Positions 36,880 to 48,343 of a stretch of 64,000 bases of DNA are shown here, in pieces (position 1 is the first letter of the stretch; each line of letters begins with the position of its first letter). This DNA is from Okamejei kenojei (lineage: Eukaryota), in the NCBI GenBank assembly GCA_035221665.1, contig CM069135.1, forward strand, positions 54,994,001 to 55,058,000, read 5' to 3'. The notes under the pieces were generated by a model. The model did no database searches, had not been told where the DNA came from, and worked only from the letters and a program-made list of their open reading frames with translations. The translations under genes were made by a program, and so were the position numbers.

Positions 36880-37022
36880 TTCTTCTTCTTCTTGCGTATG
36901 GCATCAACAACCTAAAGTTGTAGGACAACTTGTTCTATTTGATCTTATTTGATTGCGCACACCAGGTTGATTGCATTCATCGAAACAGGGCGGACCATGT
37001 GAAGGTTGCAATCTCCCACCCC
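36880..37022 (-). mobile_element. HDV-ribozyme-headed short retroposon, copy 2 (143 bp)
   Basis: The 5' end coincides with ribozyme G1 and the element ends in an (AAG)n tail. Imperfect 12-bp TSD gccaagtcggtc (36868-36879) and gccaagccagtc (37023-37034). Confidence 0.88.
36969..37022 (-). ncRNA. Minimal HDV-like ribozyme (predicted); catalytic position is T
   Basis: P1 GGGGTGG, GA, P2 GATTGCA, P3 ACC, L3 TTCACAT, P3' GGT, P1' CCGCCCT (G1-U wobble), G, TTTCGA, TGAA, P2' TGCAATC. All helices pair. Confidence 0.75.
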
Positions 37023-37634
37023 GCCAAGCCAGTCATACAAATAAAAAGCAACTGAACACACAAAATACATGTTAACATAAACATCCACCACAGTGACTCC
37101 TCCACATTCCTCACCGTGATGGAAGGCGAAAACAAAGTTCAAATCACTTCTCTTCTCTCCCGCGGTCGGGGGCTTCGAGCTCTCCGTTGATGGGACGATC
37201 TTGACTCCCTTAGCCGGCGGCGTTTTGGCCCTCTGCATCGGGGCAATCACTCCCACATCGAGGGGGATGTCAGCTCCCCCTGCGCTGGGTGATCGAACCC
37301 CGCGTCGGGGCTGGACAAACCTCTGAGACGTTGGAGCTCCCGACCAGCCTCTCCCGAGACTGTGAGCTCTCGATGTAAAGTCTGCAGGTCGCGGTTGGAG
37401 TGATCCAAGGCAAAGGATCGACTCCAATGTTAAGTCCAAGCCCCGCGGTGGGGCTCAATGTCAGTCCGAGGAGGCATCCAGCTCCATCGATGGTAGGCCG
37501 CAGAATGACCGGAGATGCGACCCAGAAAACAATCGCATCACCGGCAAGGTAAGAAACTGAAAATAATTTCCCCCGACCCCCTCCCCCTCCCCCCACATTA
37601 AAAAAAAAAACTGGAGAACATTTACACAAACTTT

Positions 37635-40150
37635 ATAACCATATAACAATTACAGCACGGAGACAGGCCCTCTCGGCCCTTCCAGTCCGTGCCGACCATT
37701 TGTTTTCCCCTAGTCCCATCTACCTGCACTCAGACCATACCCCTCCATTCCCTTCACGTCCATATACCTATCCACTTTACTTTTAAATGTTAAAATCGAT
37801 CCTGCCTCCACCACCTCTGCTGGAAGCTCATTCCACACAGCCACCACCCTCTGAGTAAAGAGGTTCCCCCTCATGTTACCCCTAAACTTCTGTCCCTTAA
37901 TTCTCATGTCATGCCCTCTTGTTTGAATCTTCCCTACCCTCAATGGGAAAAGCTTATCCACGTCAACTCTGTCTATCCCTTTCATCATTTTAAAGACCTC
38001 AATCAAGTCACCCCTTAACCTTCTGCGCTCCAAAGAATAAAGACCTAACTTGTTCAACCTTTCTCTGTAACATAGTTGCTGGAACCCTGGCAACATTCTA
38101 GTAAATCTCCTCTGTACTCTCTCTATTTTGTTGACATCCTTCCTATAACTAGGCGACCAAAATTGTACACCATACTCCAGAATTGGTCTTACCAATGCCT
38201 TGTACAATTTTAACATTACTTCCCTACTCCTATATTCAATGCTCTGATTTATAAAGGCCAGCACACCAAAGGCTTTCTTTACCACCCTATCTACATGCGA
38301 TTCCACCTTCAGGGAACTATGCACAGTTATTCCTATGTTCCACAGCATTCCTCAATTCCCTACCATTTACCATGTACGTCCTATTTTGATTTGTCCTGCC
38401 AAGATGTAGCACTTCACACTTATCAGCATTAAATTCCATCTGCCATCTTTCAGCCCACTTTTCCAAATGGCCCAAATCTCTCTGTAGACTTTGAGAATCT
38501 ACTTCATTATCCACAATACCACCTATCTTAGTATCATCTGCATACTTACTTATCCAATTTTCCACCCCATCATCCAGATCATTGATGTACATGACAAACA
38601 ACAGTGGACCCAACACAGATCCCTGAGGCACCCCACTGGTCACCGGCTTCCAACCTGACAAACAGCCATCCACCATTACTCTCTGACATCTCCCATTCAG
38701 CCACTGTTGAATCCATCTTGCTACTCCGCCATTAACACCCAAAGATTGAACCTTCTGAACCAACCTTCCATGGGGAACCTTGTCAAAGGCCTTACTGAAA
38801 TCCATATAGACAACATCCACTGCTTTACCCTCATCAATTTCCCTAGTTACCGCTTCAAAAAAAATTCAAGAAGGTTTGTCAAACATGACCTTCCAGGCAC
38901 AAATCCATGTTGACTGTTCCTGATCAGACCCTGTTTATCCAGATGCTTATATATATTATCTCTAAGTATCCTTTCCATTAATTTGCCCACCACTGACGTC
39001 AAACTAATAGGTCTATAATTGCTAGGTTTATTCTTTGAACCCTTTTTAAACAATGGAACAACATGCGCAGTACGCCAATCCTCCGGCACTATTCCCGTTT
39101 CTAATGACATTTGAAATATTTCTGTCATAGCTCCTGCTATTTCTACACTAACTTCCCTCAATGTCCTAGGGAATATCCTGTCAGGACCTGGAGACTTATC
39201 CACCTTTATATTTTTCAAAAGTGTCAGTACTTCCTCCTCTTTGAATCTCATAGTTTCCATAGCTACTCTACTTTTTTCCCTTACCTCACAGAGTTCAATA
39301 TCCTTCTCCTTGGTGAATACCGAAGAAAAGAATTGTTCAATATCTCCCCCATCTCTTTTGGCTCTGCAGATAGCTGTCCATTCTGGTTCTCTAATGGTCC
39401 AATTTTATCCCTCGTTATCCTTTTGCTATTAATATAGCTGTAGAAACCCTTTGGATTTACTTTCACCTTTCTTGCCAGAGCAACCTCATATCTTCTTTTA
39501 GCCTTCCTAATTTCTTTCTTAAGATTCTTTTTACATTCTTTATACTCCTCTAGCACCTCATTTACTCCATGCCTCCTATAATTATTGTAGATATCTCTCT
39601 TTTTTCGAAACAAGTGTCTAATTTCCCTTGAAAACCATGGCTCTTTCCAATTTTTACTATTTCCTTTCAACCTAACAGGGACATAAAGATTCTGTACTCT
39701 TACAATTTCCCCTTTAAATGTCCTCCATTTCTCTTCTACATCCTTCCCATGAAACAAAGTGTCCCAATTCACTCCTTTAAAATCCTCACGCATTCCCTCA
39801 AAGTTAGCCTTTCTCCAATCAAAAATCTCCACTCTAGGTCTTGTTCTGACTCGCTCCATAATTATATTGAAACTAATGGTATTGTGATCACTGGTCCCGA
39901 AGTGCTCACCAACGCATACCTCCGTCACCTGTCCTGCCTCATTTCCTAACAGGAGGTCCAGCACTGCCCCTTCTCTGGTCGGTACCTCTATGTACTGCTG
40001 CAAAAAACTATCCTGCACACATTTTACAAACTCCAAACCATCCAGCCCATTTACAGAATGTGTTTCCCAGTCTATTTTTGGGAAATTGAAATCTCCCACA
40101 ATCACTACCTTGTGCTTACTACTAATATCTGCTATCTCCTTACATATTTG
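37635..40150 (-). mobile_element. Young 5'-truncated CR1 LINE (APE end, RT, 3' UTR)
   Basis: ORFs 39281-40153 (VGDFNFP, GTSDHN), 38847-39260 (KSPGPD, NYRPISLTS), 38317-38820 (GVPQGSVLGP, KYADDTK) and 37710-38348. Only a few frameshifts; ataaccatata tail. Confidence 0.95.
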
Positions 40151-40478
40151 CACTTTTAAAATGCACTAAACATAAAAAGAAGACGAAAAAACAGACAGAC
40201 TGTTGGCGGTGCTGCCAATCGTGCGGCACCCCTGGTGGTGTCATGACATGTTTAGATAGGGTAAGTGAAGGGAACTTGGTCAACAGACGGTTGAAGGGGT
40301 GAATGATGATTTCAAATTTGGTGTAATAGGCATGAGATAGTTATGGAGAAATTTCAATAAATGGTAGACTATGGAAATTGAAGCAAAAACAGAAAATGCT
40401 GGAACAAAGCAATTCTGGTGCGGGCTCACAAACCTGAAACATTGGCAGTTTCTCTTTCCATAGTTGCTGCTTGACATT

Positions 40479-40570
40479 CAGTCTGAAGAAGGGTCTCGAC
40501 CCGAAACATCACCCATGCCTTCTCTCCAGAGATGCTGCCTGTCCCGCTGAGTTACTCCAGCATTTTGTGA
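40479..40570 (+). mobile_element. Penelope-derived hammerhead unit
   Basis: cagtctgaagaagggtctcgacccgaaacatc...ccagcattttg, with tgacatt on both sides. Confidence 0.8.
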
Positions 40571-43500
40571 CATTAGCTGACATTTTTAAACTTATTTTAT
40601 TTCTGTCTGTGATGAGAGTTATTTGCTTTATCAAAGCTAATTGATTCTTCTACTGTTATTTGATAATTCAGTGGCTGGAAGCTTCATCTCATAGACAGAT
40701 TGCAGAAAGAATCAATTAATATAAATATTGTTGGTTATCCATCCAGTAGCAATTTTAATTGAAATAAATTAGCATAGTCTTCCACCTTTTCAAATGGGGC
40801 TTCTGTGGTGCCTGCTGAGGTTTCTTTCTCTCACGATAAATAGAGGAATTGCATCCATTATGACCAGAAGTGCTCCCAGATCTCAAAGTCCTTGGATAAG
40901 CTAACTCATTCTCAAAACTGCAAAATGTTTTAGTATTAAAGGTCCTTGGATGTTTGAGTAATAGGGTCTGTCTAAACTCATTATACTGTCTAAACAAGTA
41001 GAAAACATTGATATTTTGGACTGCATTTAGAGTGAACACAAGCTCTGTCTTGGAATATAGTCCATTGGGTGTAATTGTATCCTCATTGTTTACATATTTT
41101 ATGTCAACAAAAATCTATAATTGGTTCAGGCCTTTATTTTGATCCCGTGAGTCATTGTAGTAGCTTGTCACAGAAAAAGTAAATTATGCATGTTACCATT
41201 TAATTAATTACAAGTGAATAGGGTTATTTAAACAACATTTCAATATATTTGAGTTTGGACAAATGCTGGAAAAATTAAGAAAGCTTAAAAGTCTAGGTGG
41301 TGACAATTGAGCGCAAGAAAGTTTTGAAGATGTGAAAGCTTGCTGGTGCTCTATATCTGGAACATGTGAAGCTGTTTATAGTCGAATGAATTATTTAAAG
41401 ATGCAATCGGCACACTTCCTTGCATGGTTGTGCGGACTCCTGACCGAGTCCGGTGACTGGTAAAGGCATTTTCTGGCAAATTCAAATGCCTGACCGTCAC
41501 AATCACCAACATGGCAAGCACTACAGCCACATGATGAATATTTCCACACTAAGTGAAATGGAAGTTTTCATCTCTGTACGTTGTGGCGAGGTGAATTTAT
41601 ATTAATGGAAGAAATAAGACCTGGAAAGGTCAGGCAATTTAAATCCTTCATTTTATTTGTGAAAGAATTGTAAGCTTTGTAAGAATTGTATTTTAACGGG
41701 AATTTACAGTTAAATATTTTGGAAAATGCACCTAGACTGTACACTGGGGTAGACTAAATGTTCCACCATGGTATAGGATTGGCAGCAGTGGATCTATGGA
41801 TATCCCATTTCATTAGTTTAATGGAAATTGCATATATGGCTCAGTGGTGAGGAGTGCTGCTGTGTCACAGAACCAGCAGCCCCGGTTCAATACCATGTGC
41901 TGCCTGTGCATGGTTTTCTCCGGGTGCTCTGTATATCGTCCCACAGATGCATTGTTTGGTAAAACACACAAGTGCTATAGTCACTCAGTAAGTCAAGCAG
42001 CATCTTTGGAGGACAGGGATCGGTGACGTTTCTAGTTGGGACTCTGTGATTTGTTGACCTCCGTAGATCACTTCTTCTGTGTAGGTCAGTAATAGAATCT
42101 GGAGAAAGTTCCAGAAATGTGGAAAAATAAAATGTGACTACTGTATAATTATTTCCAATAGATGTTTGATTCATGGCAGAAACTTGATGGGCTGAAAGGC
42201 CTGCTTGCAGGCTACATAAATGTATAACTGTGACTTCACCTGCCATTGATGTTTATCAGACTGGCAGAAACTCCAATGTTCACAGAAAGCAGATAAAGTA
42301 TCTCACCCTGGATGAAATCTCATAATATTTATCCTCTGTATTGCACTTTTGTTTTCTCTTACTTACAACATAAATAATCTTTCTACGTTCTTGCAGTCCT
42401 AAAACAATTACATTGTGTGCTCTAATGGAGCCAGATTTAACTGAGAAAACTATTTACAGGAAGGAAGTAGGGTTCTTTGAACTAAATACATTGTTTTATC
42501 ATTATCTCATTACTCACAATCGTAGCTTATTTGGAAAGGAATACTTAATAAACTTGGTAACACTGATCCTGGATACCACAAGCCCTTTCTGATTTCTGAC
42601 TTTACAAGCGAACTGCCTGAATGCTGCAAAATGTTGTCAAATTGCTAGATAGTAACTAAATTCAGTCAGTACGTAGTCCTAAATACATGCCAAACAAAAA
42701 TATCTGAATTACAACATTATACTTCTGTTTCAAGTTGCCCAATAATTCTTACTAAATTTCATTGGCATTAAAATACTGACTCCCTGCACACTATTGCTGC
42801 TGTGATTGGGTGTTGATTTGGTGCACATTGGCAACTGCATTGCCTACATTGTAACAATAAAGTGCTTGAGGAGGTCCCGAGATGATTAAGGGGTGTATTG
42901 TAACAAGGCCTCCTTTCCTGCATTCAGAACAAGCATAACTAACTATAATGAACATAGAACATAGAACAGGCCCTTCAGCCTAAAATATAATGCCAAGACC
43001 TACTCTTACCTGCCTGCACATAATCTATTCCCCTCCACTCCCTGCATATCCATGTGATTGTTTTCAAAGTATTTATAATGGAGTAAAGAATAATACATTT
43101 AAAAGAAATATCGCAACACTAAACTAAAGGTCATCTCCACCAAAACTAAACATCTAACCAAAACTAAAGGTCATCTCCACAGGCAAGCCCAACCGTTTTA
43201 TGGTCTGAAACCGGATCATATGAACTAGTAACTGGGGAAGTGCTGTGCACAGGGTGAACAGTAAATCAATTTACTGTCAAGTTTTAACCAGAAGAGATAC
43301 TAAACACAATAAGGTTTGGATTGAGCACAAAATTATGTTTTTTTAAGTTATTGTAGTCAGTCCATCTCTTAGAATTTCAATAAAGACAGGATGGGAGCCA
43401 AGAAGAAGGTAGCCTCTGAATGGTTTAGCAAGGATGCTGATGAAGAGTTGCCCAACCAACCAGATACCACTAATCCAACAGCTAGAGGGAGACTTTGTGA

Positions 43501-44964
43501 CCCTAAAACAGCTTGGAGGTCAGGAGGAGAAAGTGTTCCACAGCCCAATGCAAACCCTACCCTCCCTTCCCCCTAATAGAGGCATGCTTCACACCCATCA
43601 TGAATAGTGGAAGTGCTCGAAACCATGCAACTCTTCTCCCTGTGTCTCAACACGTTAGGATGAGTACAGGTATTTGCTAAGCACTTGTTATTCATCTCCC
43701 AATTTCCTCCTCTTTCCTCTCACCTGTTTCCTTTGTGTTCCCTACAGTCTTTACACCACCCTCTCCAATTTTCTGAATCATTCCTTTCCCCTGGGGAATC
43801 ATTCCTTTCCCCTTTGGACCTCCAAACTATCCAAACTATTGATATTTCCTCCCCCCACCTAGTTTGATTGACTTGTAGATGTGGGGTAACCCTGTTTGAA
43901 CAGTTTTCCGTTCTGGGGATGCCATCCCTGGAAATACAGAGGATCAGAGGTGCATGACTAGTAATCTCCACAATTTTCATTCTTGCTTTCTTACAATAAT
44001 TTAGCCTGCAAATTATTTCTTCGTATGTTCCATTCAGCAATTTCACACCCGTGCTGGCTCACAATCTAACACTAAATGCTAAATGAAATAAAAGTTCCTT
44101 CCTTATTCCTTTCATAAATCATCTTTGTTTCTTTGTGGTCATTTATATTAGCTAACTTTCTACAAAATGTGCCTTTTCCCAAATTCTCAGATTGCTTATT
44201 AAAGGCAAAATTATTGAACAATTCAGTAACATTGACATTGATTTTATTTTTATTAACATCAATATTGGAGGTCCTTTAATAATCACATCATCTGTGATTT
44301 AAAATGATGGCTACACTACATCAGGAAGTCAAAGCCTTTATTGTAGATGTGGCAAGGACTGGAGGAGATGCATTATTCTGCATTTGCAATGGAATGTGAA
44401 CAAACCATTGTTAGCTACCCTGCAATATTGTCCTTCCACTCTTTTCAGTGATATTTTCTCATTGAAATGTATAAGAATGTTATTTGTTTTCCTTGAGATA
44501 TTAATGTACCAGGGCCAGGTGCAGTAAGGGCTGGGTTCCATTACCTATTCTTGAAGATGTTTGTGAACTTTTACTTTAAGCTAACCAAGGATTTATGTAG
44601 TAGAGTTAAAATGTTTTCAAGCTGCCACTCTTCATATAATAATATTGCCGACTAGTATGATTTAGTGCAGTATTTATTTCCAGAAATACCTACTAGGAAC
44701 CAACTAGTTAATTGTCTGATTTAATAAGGAGCTGGATGTCAAAACATAGGAGCGCTGAGAACAAATAATTTCAGTGCCTTTAGAAAGATTAACCAATGAT
44801 GCAGCATGCAGTTAACTGATGTTAACGTTTCCACCCCCAAATTCTCTCTTTAACCACAAACAATTGAAGCAGTTTAGAGCAATTATTGGATACTATGGTA
44901 ACAGTGCAAAAACAGTAGTTCATGTTTAAAGGTAGAATATAATTCATGTTTAAAGGTAGAATAC

Positions 44965-45442
44965 GTTCACAAGATTGATCCCTGGGATGGCGGGACTGTC
45001 ATATGAGGAAAGATTGAAAAGACTAGGCTTGTATTCACTGGAGTTTAGAAGGGTGAGAGGTTATCTTATAGAAACATATACAATTAAAAAAGGACTGGAC
45101 AAGCTAGATGCAGGAAAAATGTTCCCAATGTTGGGCGAGTACAGAACCAGGGGCCACAATCTTAGAATAAAGGGGAAGCCATTTAAGATTGAGGTGAGAA
45201 AAAACTTTTTCACCCAGAGAGTTGTGAATCTGTGGAATTCCCTACCACAGAGGGTAGTGGAGGCCAAGTCACTGAATGGATTTAAGAGAGAGTTAGATAG
45301 AGCTCTAGGGGCTAGTGTAATCAAGGGATATGGGGAGAAAGCAGGCACGGGTTATTGATAGGGGACGATCAGCCATAATCACAATGAATGGCGATGCTGG
45401 CTTGAAGGGCTGAATGGCCTCCTCCTGCACCCATTTTCTATG
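44965..45442 (+). mobile_element. CR1 LINE 3' fragment
   Basis: ORF 44975-45358 (IPGMAGLSYEERLKRLGLYSLE...) followed by the 3' UTR. Confidence 0.9.
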
Positions 45443-46402
45443 TAACTCTATATAGGATAGACACTGCACTGATGGAGTGAATTTGATGGGCCGAATGGCC
45501 TTATTCTGCTCATGGAACTTATGAATGGGCTCTTCGGGCCACAATGTTTGTGCCAAACATGATGCCTAACTGAACTACTCTCATCTGCCTGCACATGATC
45601 CATATCCATCTACTCCCTGTATTTCCATGTACCTATGCCAAATCTTCATGTTGCTGATGGTGGATGATCTACAGCAAGACTGCCTAGTTCAGGTGCTAAC
45701 TGAGAAAGTAAGTTACCTGACATTGTTGAATTTGATTTTGAGTCTGGAAGCAAATCTTGAGGTTGAGCAGCAAGGAGTAGACTTGATGGGTTTAACGGCC
45801 TAATTCTGCTCTTATGAACTGATGAAGCTATTCCTCAAGCTTATGTTGAACCTCGTTATGACAGTGCAGGATATGTTGGATTAGGAGTGGGACTGCACTG
45901 GTTTTGTGAAATTGTTGCATCGACACAAGGCAGGTGTAATATTTTTCTCGTGATCATTTTATTATTGCGCCTAAATGTACCCGATACCTAAAAAATATTT
46001 GTGCCACCTTCTCAAGGTTTACATGTGAGGTATACAGGTTGTTCTGAGTCATAGGGCTTCGTGAACTAAATATCTGGGCTCGTCGGCCACAAGTGAGAGC
46101 TTGAAGCTCTCTGATCTAGAACGGCCTGCAAGGATTGATTTCAATGGAGCCAAATGCAAGGAGTGAGTGTAATTGCAGCCATTCTGCATTGCGTTCAGTC
46201 CTCACAGATATGTTTAGCGCAACCAAATTTCTCTGTGCCTTCATCTTTCCACATCAACATTTCTTTCTCCATCCCTTTTGTGGAGATTATGCTTTTAACA
46301 ATTTTTGTTCTTGACTTTGAAAATGAATGACACATGATTGTAATGTTTTGATGGTGATTTTAGCTGGAGGCAGAGTCATGGAAATTTTCTAAAATAATTT
46401 AG

Positions 46403-46722
46403 AGTGGCACAGCGGTAGATTTGCTGCCTTGCAGCATAAGACACACTGATTTGCTGCCTTACAGCACAAGACACAAGATCCTGATTACAGGTGTAATCTG
46501 TACGAAGTTTGCATGTTCTCCCTGTGGCTTGTGTGGGTTTTCTCCAGGTGCTCTGGTTTCTTCCCACATTCTAATGACATGCAGGTTTGCAGAGTAACTG
46601 GGTTCTGTAAATTGTCCCTAGTGTGTAGGATAGAGCTAGTGGGTGACTGATTGTTGGTTAGCGCGGACACGTGGGCTGAAGGGCCTGTTTCTACACTCTG
46701 CCTCTAAACTAAAATAAATTAA
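46403..46722 (+). mobile_element. tRNA-type SINE with an internal ~30-bp duplication
   Basis: gtggcacagcggtaga head, gatttgctgccttrcagcayaagacac twice, and ctctaaactaaa tail. Confidence 0.8.
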
Positions 46723-46825
46723 ACTTTTGAGTTGCTGCATCAATGACCAAGCGTAGCAGCACAAGAGATTCTGTGAAAACAGTTGTGAAATCCATCAGCA
46801 AATTACCCGTGCAAAACTCTGATTG

Positions 46826-47000
46826 CACTTACGAATTCTAAAAGAATAATCATGGTGCTATGAAAATGTAACATGCTGAAGCATGTCTTGCGAATGAATC
46901 CGGAAGAATACACTTACGAATTCTAAAAGAATAATCATGGTGTTATGAAAATGTAACATGCTCGAGCATGTCTTGAGAATGAATCCAGAAGAATACACTT
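46826..47000. repeat. 85-bp tandem duplication
   Basis: cacttacgaattctaaaagaataatcatgg... starts at 46826 and again at 46911, with a few mismatches. Confidence 0.92.
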
Positions 47001-47089
47001 TCAGCCCAATCAAATTCAATAACAACAAGTTACATTTGAAGAGCTCCTTTCAGACAATGAAACATTCCAGGATACTTGCTTTACCATGT

Positions 47090-47312
47090 GTTAACGAAGA
47101 AACTGCAGATGCTGGAGAATCGAGGGTTACACAAAATGCTGGAGAAACTCAGCGGGTGCAGCAGCATCTAAGGAGCGAAGGAGATAGGCGACGTTTCGGG
47201 TCGAGACCCTTCTTCAGTCTGAAGAAGGGTCTCGACCCGAAACGTCGCCTATCTCCTTCGCTCCTTAGATGCTGCTGCACCCGCTGAGTTTCTCCAGCAT
47301 TTTGTGTAACCC
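47090..47312. mobile_element. Penelope-derived hammerhead element containing a perfect 189-bp palindrome
   Basis: Arms 47124-47217 and 47219-47312 are exact reverse complements. 17-bp TSD tacttgctttaccatgt at 47073-47089 and 47313-47329. Confidence 0.95.
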
Positions 47313-47709
47313 TACTTGCTTTACCATGTCTATTTGTGTATTTAATAAATATTCAGCTGCACTTAAATGCCTGTAAAATAATATTTAAAAAGATCTTAAA
47401 GTTTCCAGTCTCCTTTTACTCCAGTCAGCAATTATGTTGACAGTTTAAAATTAACATGTATGTCCCCCTATACATGAAATTAAATATTAAATAACTTGCA
47501 AATAACTAAACATTTATTGCAATTTAGTATTTTCCATTGTGAATTAAGGTTTAAATACCATGGGTTAGACTGTTGGGTTCTGGAGTTTCATTCACTTTAC
47601 CTTGGAAATGGGATAAATTTCATCGAGTGCACCTTTTATGGAATATTTTCAGAAACATATAGCACAGAAACAGATATTTGGCCCACGGTGTTCATGCAAC
47701 TACCAAGCA

Positions 47710-48343
47710 CCCATTGGAGTATGGTGTACAATTTTGGTCGCCTAGTTATAGGAAGGATGTCAACAAAATATTGTTTGTTGTTGTTTTTAGAGAGTACAGA
47801 CAGGTATGATTGTCCTAGAATGTTGCCAGGGTTCCAGACAACTATGTTTAAGATATAAGAAATTGGTTGAAACAAGTTAGGTCTTTATTCTTTGGAGCGC
47901 AGAAGGTTAAGGGGGGACTTGATTGAGGTCTTTAAAATGATGAAAAATAGACCAGAGTTAACGTGGAATACGTTTTTCCAAATCATATGAGGGTAGGGAA
48001 GATTCAAACAAAGAGGGCATGACATGAGAAATAAGGGACAGAAGTTTCGGGGTAACGTGAGGGTGAACTTCTTTACTCAGAGGGTGGTGGCTGTGTGGAA
48101 TGAGCTTCCAGCAGAAGTGGTGGAGGCAGGATCGATTTTAAACATTTAAGAGTAAAGTGGATAGGTATATGGACGTGAAAGGACTAAATTTAATTGTTCC
48201 TCTTGCAGTCTGCAGTTAGATGGACTAGAAAACAAATTCGGCACGGACTGGAAGGGCCAGAGGGCCTGTTAATTGATCCAATTTCTGCTGTGAAATTGTT
48301 ATATAAGCTTTCTATCATGTTTGAGTTATTGATATATGGTTAT
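47710..48343 (+). mobile_element. CR1 3' fragment (same subfamily as 37635-40150), indel-rich
   Basis: Long exact stretches shared with the young CR1 (ttctttactcagagggtggtggctgtgtggaatgagcttccagcagaagtgg), interspersed with garbled segments. Confidence 0.8.

Larger units (their letters stand above)
36799..40238 (-). mobile_element. Unclassified non-autonomous retroposon (36799-37634 plus 40151-40238) hosting two younger insertions
   Basis: (cacaat)n tail with tttatt (aataaa on the minus strand) at about 36800-36842. The GC-rich body is cut by a CR1 at about 37635 and appears to resume at about 40151. Confidence 0.55.

Noticed and set aside
36945-37629. 164-aa and 119-aa minus-strand ORFs
   Set aside because: They read across a GC-rich repeat, and the longer one crosses an insertion junction. 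Neither has a recognisable domain.
46958-47287. 109-aa ORF
   Set aside because: It spans the tandem duplication and the palindromic insertion, so it is a chance frame.
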